NCBI GenBank assembly: GCA_013265495.1
Contig: MU058418.1
Span: 2,813,491 to 2,877,490 of the forward strand
Direction: 5' to 3'
Source: Vicugna vicugna
Taxonomy: Eukaryota
DNA: 64,000 nt
Under the pieces are notes generated by a model that saw only the letters and a list, made by a program, of their open reading frames with translations, searched no databases and was not told the DNA's origin. Within the stretch, counting starts at the first letter, position 1; each line of letters opens with the position of its first letter. The position numbers were made by a program, and so were the translations under genes. This document shows, one piece after another, positions 1 through 13,959 of the stretch.

Positions 1-2339
1 TGTTTGGAATAATGACAGAAAGAAGCCAAAACAATAATTGCATTTGGAACGGAATTGATTTGGAACAGAATCCTGCTAGGATTCATCATTTTATTACTGC
101 TAGAGAGCAGAAAAAGCCAAGTGCAGTAATTTTCTCATGTATTTTACAATTATGGTTTTTTCAGTGATGAAGTTCTTGGATCTACCTGAAATCATAAAAG
201 AGGAAAGACCCAGGATGAATTGAGGGGCTCACAAAAGCAGTTAATATTTGGGATGGATTTTTGTTACAGCAGTTTGACAAAATACCTCTCTAGTTACTGC
301 TCATAATGGAAAAGTAGGCTCTGTGGCAGAATCGCAGCCATTGCTGGGGCCTCAGAGAACCTGTCATCCAGGACGCATTTTGCCCATAAATGAAGGGACA
401 TGTTGAAGATCACACCATCAGTTGATGGCAGAGTGAGTAGCAACTAACTATGCATGATTTAAGTGAAAAGGAGAGTTGAGCCTAAGGAGGAAGTTTGTGT
501 CTATTCCAAGTAGTAAAACGTGTGCCTCCTGTCTCCCTGCAAATGCAGTCGTCAGTTCTCACAGCCTGCCTTCCCTCCACTTGCTCTCACAGACACCTGA
601 GGCCATCACTTTAATTCTTACAGAAGCAGACACCTCCATAAGTTATGTGACCCCTGAGGGATCTCATCCATGCTCACATCTCAACCTCCCAGCCTGTTGC
701 AGATTCTCAGGCAATGTTTGCGAATGAATGCGGTGACATAGAAAATAACTGAATTGCTCCATAAAGGCTCCCCCTACTCAGGGGCCTTAGACTTCTTTGG
801 TTTTCTAAGGCAGCTTACCAGCCTGCCTGGCCAGTACACATGATGACCTTTGCTTGAGAATTCACTTATCTTTCATGGCACAAAATTTGACCAGCTGTCA
901 ATATCTGTATTATAGACAAAACTTTCTCCCTCACCCCTCCTGTGACTGCCTTCAAGCAGCCAGCCCTCAGTCTCGGCTGACTCTTCCTTCTTATTACACT
1001 GAGAACATAGCAGAGAAAAATTAGTAGAGAATGTTCACACACTCCCAGCATCATATCTAGCCCCTCTCCTGCCTTTATCCCTACATGCCCTGCTTTCTGA
1101 CCGCTTTGAAGGACAAACTGTTCTCCTAACTCAGGAAGCCCCACAATGTGTGTGCTAGGTCCCATCTCCTCTCTCTCCTTCTCAGGGACATCAGTCATGC
1201 AGGTAACTCCTCTCCCTCCTGCATTCCCCTCCCAACTTGGAATCTCCCATCTGCATACAAGAAGGTCGATTTCCTGATCTTAGCATCCTCGCTGGATTGG
1301 GTGCTGCAAAATTTTAACCATGAGTATATGTCTGTGTGCACACACAGACATACATACATACATATATGTATTTTCTTCTGGCACTTTAAGGTTTGTTGGT
1401 TGATTTGCGTTTTTCTTTTACACAGAAAACTTCATTGGAAATTTTTACTGGTCTACAGAATAAGGTAAGGATACTACATTCTTCTAAATGATTAGCAATT
1501 GTCTCAACCCCATCTGCTGACTAATCTTTTTTTTTCTCCACTGATTCAAATGCCACCTTTATTATATACCACATTTCTATTGCTATTATTTTAATTATTA
1601 CCCCCGTCAGCAAGTTTTTTAAACTCAAGTAAATTACTGGTTCAAAAATTTTTTCCCTGAATTTGTGCCACATGCTAATAAAAAATGTTAGTCAAATCCT
1701 AGGTACCTATGTATATACACTGCATCAATTATTTATTAATTTGTTTTAATAAAAAATGTATCCCAAACTGTAGAGACATTTGAGCATAAATATTGGCTTT
1801 TTCCTTTAAAAAAAAAAAGCAGGGGAGATGCTCTATTTCTTTGATAGCCATGTTATTACTCCAAAGAAACTGTGCCCACCATGCTTGCTGCCTACTTACA
1901 TGCTTTCAGCCCAGCTCTGTGGGTGTACAATTGTATGTTTAATAAGCGCTCACCTGGATTTATACAGTCATTTTATAGGAAACTGCCTCAGAACCAGCAT
2001 GTGGTCAGGACTGTCCATCTCCCATTTAAATTCTGCCACCATAACACTGCCTGACTGGGAGGTGGGCTTGGCGCTTACAGAGCTACATTTCAGTGTTGGA
2101 AAGGACTTGGAAATATTCAGGTTTATTGGATTCTGAGCACTTCCCTTCTTCCCAATATATTGAGAAGGCAAAGCCTTCCTCTATTTCTTCCACCCCTCCA
2201 AATAGGAAAGTTCTATCTGTGTTCTGTGGTACAATTGCACTGCAGAGAAACAATTTGTACATTCCATACAATTAATCTGTAACTATAATCCTAACAGTAA
2301 GAGAACAGCAGCAATCATGGGATAAAAAAATAACTGCAG

Positions 2340-2821
2340 ACTTCTGTTTCTGGTAGTATTGCAAACTCGATCCCCAAATATCTTGGTGGGAAAAGGAAGA
2401 AAGATGGAGGACTTGCAACTTTCTTCAAGAATTATTTATATAACTATAGTAATTTAAGAATTTAGCTGTAGTAATTAAGACTGTACATTGGCATAAAGGT
2501 AGACATATAGAGCAAATGAACAGAAAGTTCAGAAATAAATTCACATGTATATGGTCAATTGTCTCTTGACAAAGATCCTAAAGCAATTCAATGGGCAGAT
2601 GATAATATTTTCAACAGAATAGATAGAATAGTTGGATTAGTCATATGCAAAAGAAAGAAGGGAGGGGGAAGAGGGGAGCAAGGGAGGGAAGGAAGGATGG
2701 AAGGGCTCTTACCTTACACTATGTATAAAAATTAACTTCAGATGGATCGAAGACCTAAACATGAGTTAAAATTATAAAACTTCTCATAAGAGTTAAAATT
2801 GTAAAACTTCTGAAAGATAAC
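2340..2821 (+). mobile_element. Old L1 ORF2 fragment
   Basis: Motifs tggcataaaggtagacatataga, aaaaattaacttcagatggatcgaagacctaaac and ataaaacttct. Confidence 0.8.
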
Positions 2822-3320
2822 TGTACTAGTCATCGATTGCAGGATAACAATATTACCACCAACTTAGTGACTTCAAACAACATACATTTTGTTATCTCAC
2901 AGTTTCTGTTGGTCAGGAGGCCAAATGTGATTAGGTGACACCCTGGCTTAGGGTCTCACAAGGCTGCAGTCAAGATGTCAGCCAGGCTGTAGTCTCATTC
3001 ATGGCTCGACTGGGGACTGTTATTGGCAGATTTCCGTTTCTTGTAAGACTGAGGATTTTATGTCTTGCTAGCTGTTGGCCAGAGTCTCCCCTCAGCTGCT
3101 CGATGCTGCCTATATTTCCTTTACCTTATGGGGTTCCACAACATGACCATTTGCTTCCCCAAAGTCAGAAAGAGACCCCAGCAAAGTGGATGCTAAAATC
3201 TTAAGTAACATAGTCATGTAATCACACACAATCATGGGTATCCCATCAGCTTTGCCATATTCTGTTGGTTAGAAGCAAGCCACAGGCCCTGCCCACACTC
3301 CAGGCCAAACGCAACAGCAA
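2822..3320 (-). mobile_element. MaLR (MLT1-type) LTR
   Basis: Motifs ttaccaccaacttagtgacttcaaacaaca, tctcacagtttctg and ttgccatattctgttggttagaagcaagccacagg. Confidence 0.8.
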
Positions 3321-4128
3321 AAGCAATTGACATGAGTATATAGCTTTTCTGAATCGGGGGGAAAATGTACATGACCATACAAATCCTTTGCTTGCTTGTC
3401 TGTTTAAAAAATAGTTCTACATAGATATTCCTTGTATCTTGCATTGTATGGTGGCTTTTTTTCCATGTGCATTTTTATTTCCCTATTTAGGCCATAAGTT
3501 CCTGAAGAATGGAGAGTATCTTGTACTTTGTAGGTCCCCAGGCACCCAGCAGCAGTGTCTCACATGTATTAAGTACTCAAGAAATACTTGAGTAGAGAGT
3601 CGAATCAACACAATGGGAAGTGTGCAGGCTTATGGAATCAGAGGGAGATTAATTTGAATCCCAGATCTGCCATTTACTAGCTGGGTAAACACAAACAGTT
3701 ATTTGATATCTCCAAGCCCTGGTTTCCCTATAGAACCTCCTAGTTTTGAGACAAAATGAAATGTGTACAAACTGCCTGCCACATTTGCTAAATGATAGCA
3801 GTTACTGTTATTTATAGATATGGATAAGTATAAAATATGAAAAATGACTAAGTTTTAATATCAAACAGAAAATTAAAACTCTCAGCTTTCTGTGATACTT
3901 CTTTGCATCTGTGAAAACATGAAGATTCCTTTCATCTGCTGCTCCCCTCGTGTAAGGACAGACCCACCCAGATGTACATACTCTCAGGTGGCCAAGCAAT
4001 GACTCTTTTTGCCAACCACCTTCTGTAAACCATCTTTTTCCTTGAACAAACTTTCCTAAATGAATCTGATCATTACTGTATAAAATGCTGCAGGGTGTGT
4101 CTTCTAAATTCTAATTGTAGTAATATTT

Positions 4129-4147
4129 CTACCACAAGAGGGCGCAG
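4129..4147 (+). promoter_or_regulatory. Candidate CTCF binding site
   Basis: ctaCCACAAGAGGGCGCag matches the core CCASYAGRKGGCRS at 13 of 14 positions; a tgtagt upstream-module-like sequence lies at about 4116. Confidence 0.55.
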
Positions 4148-5881
4148 TGTGACTGTGAATACTGCACAAAACGATAGTCCCAAAAGTTAATACTACAAGG
4201 CAAGATAAACTATGCTCCAGTAATTGTTTTCATTTGAAGATTGTTCTTTGTATATTTGAATTAATTTTATTCTTTAAAGCAAGAATAATTAAAATTAGGA
4301 AATTTCCACGATTTCCTTCTTGAAGATCTTTTCCCAGGTTATGACTGGTTAAGCACGAACTTAGCATCGTATTCTCTCTTTAAAATACTATGATTCATCT
4401 CCTTTCTGGGAGTCACTTCCTGTAGGGCCTTAAAAGGACTTCTAGCTCCAAATTACTGTACATTCCCAGTTCTTGATATGTTTCCTGGGGACCATCAAGT
4501 TCATGGGTTTTATGATCGTCTTGCAAATTAGTAGAAAAAATTTATTGGCCTGTAAAAATTTTATCAGCCTCACTTGCTCCTGGGGGCAGATTGGTTACAA
4601 AATAGTGAAAGCCCTATTATGTATAAGTTACTCAGCTATGAAACTAATCATTGTTTTGCAAACAGTTTTAGCTTTTTATTTTCTCCTGGCAAAGAGTGTG
4701 CGTGGACACTGGATGTGGCATGCATGTGAGCAAATAAACCTGTTGCCCCCTGCATGCAGTCTATGCATGCATGGCAAGAGTGATACACACAGGCAGATTT
4801 CACTGACAAATGGAAGCCACCCTCCTGTGAGAAGTGACATGGGCCCCTGCTCAAGTGAATTACTACCCACAGTGTGCCTGTTCCCTCCTCCTCTTTCTTG
4901 TCCCTTTGCTCCCCCTAACCTACACCTGGATGCCCAGTGGGAGAGTGGGCAGAACCTTGGCACACAATTTTACAAAGGTTTCTGATGTCTGGACTGAAAT
5001 GGGTGCCTCCGCACTCAGGAAGTTGGCGCCTGTGTGGTGTGATGCAGTGGTCCGAGTCATTGTCTACTTTTCCCCTTTTGCAGAGTCATATATCTTTGTG
5101 GTTGCCAGACCCATTTCAACTTAGACTTCCCTGCCAGCCTTAATGTGGTTGAGGGTAAATGCCCTTACCCCTGTATTTTGGGAATGCCCGCCCCCTTCTG
5201 TAAGAGCAGCTGTAGTTCATCATCCTTCTTCTCACCAGTTATGGCTCTGCCCACCACCTAGAACAAGGTGACAGATACACCACACAAAAGAGAAGCAGAC
5301 TCCAGTAGGCAAGAGGGCAGATGAGGACAACAGGGAGAAGGGACTGACTGTTAGCCATTGGCACTTCTCCCCTCTTAGTTCAAGCCTCTGAAGAAGTCAG
5401 TGGGGTCTGGCCCCATTATTGGGCATTTACTCCTGATTTGAGCCCTGCCGCATAGCAAAGGGAGCTGATGAGGTCAGTGGAGAGCTAGCAGCAGTAGGAT
5501 AGGTTGGCCAAAAGCAGGATCCCCAGTGGTTCCTAGGCCTGGGCTACCAAGCAGAATGTGAGGATGCTGACAACATGAACTTCAAGACAGATTTCAGAAC
5601 CAGTTTTACCCAGTGGATGTACTGAGAGAGGTTAAGAGTTGTCACAGGAAAACAGTTTCATAACGTTTCTGTACTACAGGACTTTTCAGAGCCTTTAATA
5701 TGTCAAAACTTGTATCTTCTAGAGGGAGATATTATTTTATCAGAAATCCTCTTTTTAAAATAATATCATACAAACCTAGTGATTGGGGTTGTATACATGG
5801 GAACTATTTTTCTAATCATCTAATTTGGACCACTTATTCTAAAAAAAATCATAATGTGTTGCTCCTTATTAAATAAGAACA

Positions 5882-6012
5882 GAGGGGGAAGATATAGCTC
5901 AAGTGGTAGAGCACATGCCTAGCATGCACAAGGTGCTGGGTTCAATCCCCAGTGCCCCCTCTAAGAATAAGTAAATAAACCTAATTACCTCCCCCCTTAA
6001 AAAATAAATAAA
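5882..6012 (+). mobile_element. tRNA-Ala-derived SINE, camelid Vic-1-like
   Basis: A box (tagctcaagtgg), AGC anticodon remnant, B box (ggttcaatccc), aataaacctaattacctcccc segment, (TAAA)n tail, and TSD taaataagaaca at 5870-5881 and 6013-6024. Confidence 0.88.
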
Positions 6013-6447
6013 TAAATAAGAACAAATACTATTTAATTATACGTGACAAAAAACACTATTGAGGAGCAACTCGGGGTTTTGGGGAGTGGGAGATGGCAGT
6101 ATCATTATAATAATGATTTGCAAATCCCTAGTGTTCCAGTGAAGGGTACAAAGATTGTCTTTCATTGAGATGCATCTTTATCTCAACAAGCTTACGATGC
6201 TTTTCAGATGTCACCCTGTAAGAATTCCCGAGTTCTAGAAACTGGTCAGAGGTAGCCTGGCCCATGGTGTGATGAATGAAGAAATGAAGGGGCTGAAGTT
6301 TGTGCCAAAGTACCTTTCTCCTGTTATTGCACTTTTACTCTACACACTTAGTATGTTACACTTTTATTTAATACTGTATGTTCGTTAGGCAGGATTTGAA
6401 TGTCTGATCTCTTAGAGAGATATACCCAGCAACTATCTATTCTTAGT

Positions 6448-6485
6448 GAGAAAGGACAAGACACTAGAGAAAGGACAAGACACTA
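6448..6485. repeat. Perfect 19 bp tandem duplication
   Basis: gagaaaggacaagacacta occurs twice. Confidence 0.95.
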
Positions 6486-9400
6486 TCCTTTCTAAACATC
6501 GTGGCTGGACTATTCCCCGGGCACAAAAGCAATACAAGTTGATGACCTGAAAGAAGCTAAACTGATTAAAAGGAAGCAGGTTGTAGGCCAATAAAATCCC
6601 AGGAAAATCTGAAATAATATTTAACTTTGTGTGTTACCATCGTCTCGTTTAATAAGAATTGCTGTGGTAACACATGAGATGAGGATGCCAGAAAACGTTT
6701 TGGCTGAGTCCCTCTGCAGGCCAGGGAGTGTTTTTCTGTCATCTGCCAGACTTCCCCCAGCTGATCTTGTTTTGCTCTGGACAGCAGGGTGATGATAAAG
6801 GATGGTGTCCTTAGAGCATGTCTAGAGAAGTGGGGATTGGCAAGAATCATCTTCTGAATTCCAAATAGAGGAAACCAACCATCAATGTTTAGGGCTTAAG
6901 AATAGATGACAATCACTAAGTCCATATCGAAGTCTGTTCATGTGACCTAGTCACAAATTCTCAACACTTTGCACCTAAAGAAACTTCCTCTAGAATGTCT
7001 TCTGTGAGTACCTGTGTCAAAAGGTGACCTTCAGGGTTCTAACCTGGTACCAAACTCAGGCATCCATTCTGAGAAACCCAAGTCTTATTTCAAAACAAAC
7101 AAAATAAAAGAAAACAGACAAACAAAAAAAACCCAGAAACTGAAGAAAGAAAGGCGGGAGGACCTTAATCTCCTCCAGAAACCTAGGAGAGGGAGGAGGT
7201 GCAGACCAATACTTGTGGCCACACAGAGAGAAGACTTAAATGGCCTGAGAGAAAAATGTGCCATTCTAAGTGGAGAAGAAAACAGCTATTGTCTAACACT
7301 TAAATAAAAAATACTGTATAAACAGCTAACAGCTGTTTTTCAGCCTTTGCTTTTTAGAGGAAAAGCCAATAAAAGAAAAGACACACTCTTTTAAATGTGT
7401 TTTTTGTTCAGAGCCCAGATTTTCTACAATTCCCAACCCAGAACCCTGCGTCAGATCATTCCGTTTTGAAGACTACAAAGTTCAGTAGAGAGCCACAAGT
7501 CTGGGCAGGGGCCAAGCCAGACAGACTTTGCTGTACCAAGGGGAAGGTGCATACATATTGCAGGGGATTTTAGCTTTAAAAACAGAACCAGTCCTCTCAA
7601 AACCTTCCTCAGTAAGTGGCTATTGAAAGGAAAAAGCATTAACTTCACATGTAGAAGTAGGTAGCAAGGTGCATCTCTTTGAGATATTGTTTGATTTCAG
7701 CATCCTTCACTAGGAGATCACCAAGGAGAGTAAATGACATGGTCCATCTATTCATTGTCCACGGATAAAAGCCACCTGATAAGCCCACAGCACTCTAATG
7801 AGCACCCATCTTGTAAATAAGGAAATTGCAGGGGACTTTCAAAAGGGATATTCATATGAAAATTACCAGCTAAGTCTTATAATTATGAAGCCAAAGGGAT
7901 AATATAACAGTGAGACAAGGCCTGGTTTATAAATAGACTCAAGGATAAGGTCTTACTGATTCCTTCTTAGAAGTGCCTCTGTTAGAGCTGTTTACTCTGA
8001 ACACCAGCTTCAGCTGCTTGAAGGAAATCTAATACTTCCAGTAGCAGTTCTTCATATACAGATATATGAAGAGAGACAGAGCTTCGATGTTTTCTCCAAT
8101 TATTTCTTATATCTTTATTTTATATTGAAATATTGAAGCGCAGGCTAGGTCTCCTTCTGCACGTGCATATCTTGCTGCTGTGTCCACATGCCCTGAATAT
8201 CATGAACACATGACACCCATCCCCAGCATTATGGCAGAGCAGATCCTCTGAAGACAGACCCTCCTGCCACAATTCAATTAGATCCTGAACACAGAGTGTG
8301 CTGCTGGGCTTGCAGATAGCAAAGGAATCCTCCAGAGTCCAAAGAAATGGGCAGTAAGAGGAAATCCAAGCAGGAGGTGGGAATCCAAGCAGAAGAAAAT
8401 CAAACACTAGGTCCTGGGCCCATTACAAGGGGCAAAAGCCAAACTAAGTCTCCCGCCTTAAGCCTTGACCCTTGAAGGGGGCTACATCGGCCCTTTGGGA
8501 CCTGGAGGAGGCAAAGGGAGACCTTTGCTGGAGTCAACTCCAGGTGAGGCCCTCAGGACTCACACAGGTGCAGCGCAGTGAGCTCAGAATCAAAGATTGT
8601 ATTTGAACCAAAAATGTACAATATGATGGGTGCTGTGCTTAAGCTCCTTTTGGGGCACCATACCAGGAACGCTTTTTTTGTGGAGTGGAAGAAAAAGATT
8701 TAAGTATGAGGTCTCACATTTTCTCAGTTGAGTGACAAAGAGGCTTTTTCGTGTTCCCTGACACTCTGGGAATTCAGGAAACAATTGAGTTATTGGTGGT
8801 TTAAAATGTCAGAGAGCAGCAATCACAATGTGCTTCCCACTCTCAATTGCTTCAAGCATTGTCTGATTTTGAGGCTATTCTTGAGAACTAAAATGTTTTC
8901 CTAGTATATATTGTGTAGTTTCCATGTGCTCAGTATGACTAATGCATTAGTCACAAGTTACAATATGAGAGACCCAAGAAAAGACAGTCTTGGTCTCTGG
9001 AGTGATTCCTTCCCAATGCTTAGTTCCTTCACTCCAACCAAGTATTGCCCCTGCCCCTAAGACCAGTTCTGTTCCTGGCAGGAGTAACTTCCTGAGTAGA
9101 ATCTGCTGCTTCTTGAAGCCCTGATGCCTTCAGTAAAAGCCCCATCCTCCTTTTGGAGCAGACATTCCCCCTGTATTTCTCATCCTTTTCCCTATAATCT
9201 GTTGTCTATCAGTGGAAAAATGTGTGAGCTCAGCTGTCAGAGAAGTGAGAAAGGGAGCGACAAGAGGAGAAATTAGGTGAGGTTGATGCAACTTGCACAA
9301 AGATATTTCAAGCTGTGCTTTTCATAATATACCAACCCAAGTATCCAAAATCGGGAGTTAGCTAAACAAACTTTAGCATGTGAAAAAAAGAGAATATTAT

Positions 9401-9732
9401 GTTGCCAAGACTGACAATAAATGAAAGACAGTGTGGACAGTGGCTCCATATGGGTTATGGGACTACATCAAACTGTTTAATGTCAGACTGGTAAACATAG
9501 AGCACTCAGTTATGCACAAGGGTTACACTTTGGAAAGAATCATGCAGGTATAGTGCTAAAAATTGAAAGACAGTACAGTGCCTTCTAACTGAATCATAAA
9601 TGTATTATTTAAGATTAGTATTTACTAGCAAATTTACTGTACAAGTATTTTTATGTTGTCTTTGGTTTTTTCTGTGATTCTTTAAAAAGCCTACATTTTT
9701 ATTTTAAATGGTGAACTAAAAAATATAGTGAA

Positions 9733-10450
9733 TGTATTAGTTAGAGTCCAGACAGGAGACAGAAATTACACAGCAATTTGCACAAGGAAAGTTAACTGTA
9801 AAGAATTATTAAAAGGGAATTGGAGTAACATGAGTTTGGCCGTAAGAGGTGAAGAGAGCACTAAAGAAAACAGGAATAGCAAACACAGCAGCTTTTGCCC
9901 CCAGGGCTGAGATGGAACATTCAGGAGAGGCCTCCCAGGGCTGAGAGCTAGACCTCGTGAGAAAGGGTATGACCACGGCTCTCTGGGTGGTGGGAAAGTC
10001 CAAAGAGGGCCGTACTGGTGAGACATTCCAGACGCTGCTCTCTGGAGTGCTGAGGAAGCCATCCAGAAAGTGAGCACCACGGTGCCCCAGAATTCCACAT
10101 GGGGTACCAGAGAAGCCACCAACATGAAGGTACCCCACTTTTGGCACTCTGCTATGAAGGTTCCTGTGGAGGTTCCAACAGAAGTCATTCACAGGGAAGT
10201 GCCGAGGGAAGCTGCCCACAGGAAGGCACTAGTGCTGGCCACCTGGCACTGCAGGGAGAGTTGTGCACGCTGCAAGAGCCTGATAAGCAAGCCCGCTGGA
10301 ACCAGGAAGAAGCCCCTTCCTCTTACAGTGTCCCTTCAGGACACTCTACTGACAAAACTTAATACCTCACTAATGGTCAAAGAGGACTGCTTTTCCATTA
10401 TTGCCAAGCAAGTCATGAAGGATGAATTTGGAGCCAAAAGGCAATAAAAT
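9733..10450 (-). mobile_element. Old ERVL-class LTR (family uncertain)
   Basis: Begins tgtattagttagagtccagacaggagacagaaat, a typical reverse-strand ERVL LTR end, with an abrupt shift to higher GC. Confidence 0.6.
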
Positions 10451-10849
10451 GTTAACTGTCATAATGAATTAAGCTGATGGGTGGAGCTTGGGCTATACCC
10501 ATGTTCATTCCAGGCCAGAAGTCGCAGATTTTCCTTTCAGAGAGCCAAGCCCGCGCAGGAAGCCTGAGCCGCTGATCAGGTAGCTGAGCGCGCTGGTCTC
10601 CACCTCCGTGGGTGCAATATCTCTTACGAAAGCCTGCTGGCCCTGCGTAGTAGTCATTCCTTGTCTGCCCCAAGGCAGGCTGGGCCACATGGGTCTCCTC
10701 GGTCTTGTGATTTGAAACATATATAAAACAATACAAAAATGGCTTTCAGGTGTGTTAAGGTAAATAATGAGTTAAGAATACTGCAAATATGTTTAGCAGC
10801 TAAATAAATGCCAATCATGGTTTTAAAATTTCTGCAGCATCCTCTGACA

Positions 10850-11060
10850 GTGTAATGACCTGGGCTCTGAGTCACTTACTAACTGTGTAACCTTGGGCAA
10901 ATGACATCACCACTCTGTTCCTCAATTTCCCCATCTGTAAAGTGGGGATAATGGTAGCACCTACATCAGAGGATCATTGGGAGGTTTAAATGAGTTACTG
11001 TATGTAAAGCTCTTGGCAGCACATAGTAAGCACTCTATACTTTAGGTATTATTATTAATA
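10850..11060 (+). mobile_element. MIR SINE
   Basis: Core cacttactaactgtgtaaccttgggcaa...ctcaatttccccatctgtaaagtggggataat. Confidence 0.85.
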
Positions 11061-13021
11061 TTTGAGAACAGTAACACCCAGGCCTACTTATGCTAGACCC
11101 CTCTAAAGTCCCTACAATCTCTCCCACGCTTATTCTTTAGAATGTTGACCTTCTTCACAAATGCTGCTCCTAAGGATCATGTGGTCATGGTACAACCTCT
11201 GAATCCTGCCGGGTAGCCCATTAGTTCCACTGGTCAGTAGGACACTGCTTGCTCTTGCATCATCAAGGCTGGACAATGAGGCTGAAAGCCAAAACAAGTA
11301 AACTGGCCCCCACATAACTGATCCAAACAGCTTGGGGCCTGGCACTACCAGTGGAAGAGCCTGAAAAGAAAAACAACCAAAAACAACGCACAGGCTTGTC
11401 TTTGTCATGGCTGACCCAGCTCGCAGCCAGGCACGGAAACAGAGCGGCTTTATGAGAAAATGCCTTTCTCTCCACGCAGTAATTGAATCCAGTTGTGGAT
11501 TGAGGTTGTACATTAGTAGAGTTTAAGAAAGGTTTGCCTCTTAGATATAGCTACCCCAGCTGAACAATCACTTATTTCTGTTAAATTCTCGTTAAGCAGG
11601 GTGCTAAAGCATCCACAGACAATATAATTCTCTGGAACCTGGCTCTCACGCTCACCCTACAGATATGCCGGGAATCTTTCAGGCTCTTCAAAAGCTAAAC
11701 TTCTTGGGTAGAGTCCAAGACAGCCCCTCTGGACACTGAATTCTGCTTTGTAGCAAAGAGTGTTTGGGGCAGTTTTAGGGCAGCTGAATGTTCAGATCAC
11801 TTTACATTGACTTCAGTGTAATTCCTCTTTAATGGGGTCTCTTGGTCTGGTTCCTGTCTTTCTCCTGGATAAGCCGTAAAGGGGAAGAGTTGGCCTATGG
11901 CTAGGGCAGGATGGGTCAGAGTCTGACCTGGTTGCATCTCGTCCCATGGCTGTTGCTGCCTGCTGACAGCTCACTTCACTCAGTTAATGAAATGAAACAG
12001 TCCCTGCTCCAGCAACTGCCACCCACATCAGGACAGCCAGTCTTACACCACCCAGCTGGAGTCCTGCCCTGAGCCCTCAGGGGCATGGATTCACAGATCT
12101 TAGCCAGCACCTAAGTAAAGCCTTCTTTTTTAAAAAAGTTTAAATTACCTTGGTGGTCTTGTAAAGATGAAATGCTCCATGTGGGAAGCAGAGTGGGGTA
12201 CAGGTGAAGTTAAAAAGAGTAAAGTTTCTTTTATAGACATAAAACCAAAAAAGATAATTGGGCATCCACAGTGTGCACTGGCTGCCCTGTGTGGCATCAC
12301 CCTCCAGTCCTAGTCTGCTCTTTGAGCTTCCGTCTTCCAGCTTCTCCCTGGGAAAGGCTTTCCCACCATGTTCATCAGCTTGCTGGGCAGGGAATAAATG
12401 GCTCATTCAAACACAGAGGAGAGTTGACTAAAGGTGCATTCCTCTCTCCTGGGTTGTTAAGCACCCACCCCTCACTGAGGCCTTCTCTGCCACTGGAATT
12501 TGGAAGGATTGGGATGGTCTAAGTCAGCAACTAACATGCATAACTACTATGAAGGGAAAGCCCATCTCCTGGCCTCCCAGAGCGCTCCCCTTCGCCACCT
12601 GCCGCCCAGCTCCATCACAAGGCCCCTTTGTCCCTTGGCCTGTGTGGATGAGCACACGTTGTAAGCTCCCAGGGAAGATTTCCCCTAGAAACTCCTGGGG
12701 ACCGCACTGGTGCCACTGTCACGGCTGAGAAGATGGAAGGTGGAAGAGAAAGACATCAGTACTGTGAAATCTTTGTTGATTTTCTAAAACTGAGTGGGAA
12801 AGAGAAAAGAAAAATGAAGACAAAGGGAAATTATTTCTGTGAGTGAAATCCTGTTCTGTTTATTTGAGCCCAAAGTTTCTAAACTAATCACCAAGCAACT
12901 AGCTGTGCTGGCCCTGGGCTGGGCCCAGAACACTAAGGTGCCCGAGACAGAGCCCCAGGTCTGTTTCAGGACCTCACACTGCGGCCAGAGGCCCTCCCCA
13001 TCACCTCAAAGCCCCTACTCC

Positions 13022-13460
13022 TGTGTTAGTTTTCTAGGCTACATAACAAATAACCACAAACATGGAGCTTAATACAGTAGATATATGTTCTCTCATAGTT
13101 CTGGAGGGCAGAAGTCTGACATCAAGGTCTGAGCAGGGCCACGCTGCCTCCAGGAGTTTTAGGGGAGATGCCTTCCTTGCCTCTTCCAGCTTCTGGTGAC
13201 ACCAGGCATTGCTTGGCTCTAGCTGCACCACTGCCATCTCTGCCTTTGTGTTCATGGCCTTCGCCTATGCTCTGTGTGTCTTCTCTCCTGTCTCTTCTGA
13301 GGACACTTGTCTTTGGATTAGGGCCCACCGGACAATCCAAGTGAACTCAAGATCTTCTCTTTACATCTACAAAGACCCTTTTTCCAAATAAGGTCACATT
13401 CATAGTTCCAGGGGTTGGGATGTAGACATGTCTTTGGGACATCATACTCAATGCACTATT
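13022..13460 (-). mobile_element. MaLR (MLT1C/D-like) LTR
   Basis: tgtgttagttttctagg...ctcatagttctggaggg...ttccaaataaggtcacattcatagttcc. Confidence 0.85.
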
Positions 13461-13959
13461 TGCTCCCCCGCCCCTGTCCTCATTCTCCCCTCCCTCTCGA
13501 CCGTCACACTCAATCTAGAAACATGTCCAAGTTGCCTCACCAGAGAAAAATGAATTCTTTCTATCCTGTTACCCTCTCATCAACCTCTGCCGTCCACTTT
13601 TTGGTCCTTCATTCAGCTATCCAACCCTTTTGGAGAGAAATCTGTATTTGCTACCTCCATTTCTGGCTGACCACTTAATTTTTTCACCACTTACTTTTCA
13701 AAGCAGTTTGTTTTGATGTATTTCAAGCATTGGAAAAGTGCAGAGAACAATATGACTTTTGCAATGTTTACATTTTTCTCCCACATTTTTGTGGTAAAAC
13801 ATGACATAAAATTTACCACTTTAACCATATTTAAATGTACTATTACATTTAATTTTAATTTCCGTTTGGTATAGGAAATAATTATAAATTATTTAATTTA
13901 TTTTATTTAATGCAATTAAAATATCGTATTTAAATACCGTTACAGTGGCATTAATCATG

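Noticed and set aside
5885..5958. Functional tRNA-Ala gene
   Set aside because: Stems are mismatched, and it has a SINE-type body, A-rich tail and TSD, so it is a SINE.
9728..10450. Several 120-140 aa ORFs
   Set aside because: They lie within a probable old LTR and show no protein motifs.
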